Of a DNA stretch of 31,626 nt, positions 30,776-31,626 are shown piece by piece. Each line of letters begins with the position of its first letter. Within the stretch, counting starts at the first letter, position 1. Made by a program: the position numbers and the translations under genes. The stretch spans positions 62,001 through 93,626 of the forward strand of contig MEDY01000163.1 in assembly GCA_001724265.1 (NCBI GenBank), given 5' to 3'. The DNA comes from Rhizaria sp. SCN 62-66. Taxonomy: Eukaryota. The notes under the pieces were generated by a model that worked only from the letters and a program-made list of their open reading frames with translations, searched no databases and was not told the DNA's origin.

Positions 30776-31626
30776 GCTGAAAGAAGCCCGCAAAACACTG
30801 ATCAAAAGAAAGGAACGGAGTAGAAAGCGAGATGAGGCAAACGGGAACGCATTGGCGAGGTTTAGAGCAGAGAGAGGTGGCTGGGGGCATGACGCGAGAG
30901 AGCAGAGAGAGCAATTATAGACGCACAACAGTTGCGATTTCGGGGATAGAAGCGATATATATCTTGCAAGATATCAGATGCTGCATGCGAGTGCCATTGA
31001 GATGCAATACTATACCGAAGGGGGCGTCAACGGGGGCTTGTGGCGCGAGGGGGGGTGGCGGGGTGACGGGTCGCGATGCAAGTTCCAGGACCCGCCTCCA
31101 CGAGTCGAGCACACGTCTGCAATGCGCCCCAAATTAATAAAATAAAGGGAGTGCATATAGAATACCGATTGCAATCTATATTAATTGCCCCAAGTATGCT
31201 ATACAACGGCGGCTATGGTCAGATATTTGAGCCATACCGACGACGAAGACCTCGAGAAATTGTCAGCTGGGCTGTGGACCGAAAAAATATGTGCTCAAGC
31301 AGGCGAGGGCGCCAGTTTCTGCCCTCATCGACAGCGTGTCGAACACCTTCGGAAGGTTATTGCGAAGCAATGGCACTATATTGGGCATTAAAGTTTGTTC
31401 AACAATACATATGTTTTTCATAAATATTATGTTTAAGTTTCATTCAAAAAGCAATTTCTAACCGGGCAAAAATATACATATTTGAACGACCAACAGACCG
31501 GGCAGCAACAGGAAAAGGGCCCACAACACAACCGCACGATAACGGAAATGTCCGTTATCATGTATGCAAATGAACAAGCGGATTCAATCGTAAAATTGCA
31601 ATTTTATAGCTAATCCATCATGTAGA

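Noticed and set aside
30776-30928. Upstream extension of the SPX exon-1 ORF
   Set aside because: SPX domains characteristically begin at MKF. The extension starts at a non-ATG codon and is a pyrimidine tract.
31185-31391. Short ORF (MVRYLSHTDDEDLEKLSAGLW...) that looks somewhat protein-like
   Set aside because: Under 70 aa with no recognisable motif or clear splice context. It could be a gene or transposon relic, but that cannot be supported without a homology search.

Overview
Eukaryotic genomic DNA from an unidentified organism (probably a protist), standard genetic code, with AT-rich GT-AG introns of 114-191 nt. Six protein-coding genes are supported: (1) a 5'-truncated, intronless surface/membrane protein (IPT/TIG-like + Cys-rich repeats + multi-TM), 2..6262 +; (2) a probable longin + roadblock-like protein, 7912..8658 -; (3) a small protein with a predicted mitochondrial presequence and one in-frame intron, 9763..10503 +; (4) a 3-exon JmjC/Cupin_8 oxygenase with an N-terminal hydrophobic anchor, 10911..13447 +; (5) a Nup153/Nup1-like FG nucleoporin, 14788..19776 -; (6) a 3-exon ~3198-aa SPX-ankyrin-SAM protein, 20806..30775 -. 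The most notable observations are four atypical C-x2-C-x8-H-x2-C putative zinc fingers in the nucleoporin, a ~68-bp micro-inversion inside its FG repeats, the SPX-ANK-SAM architecture with a duplicated ankyrin array, a GT[A/C]YGT splice-donor pattern, and pyrimidine-tract/AG sites just upstream of several start codons. All calls come from manual motif reading without database searches. No RNA genes, CRISPR arrays or mobile elements were recognised.
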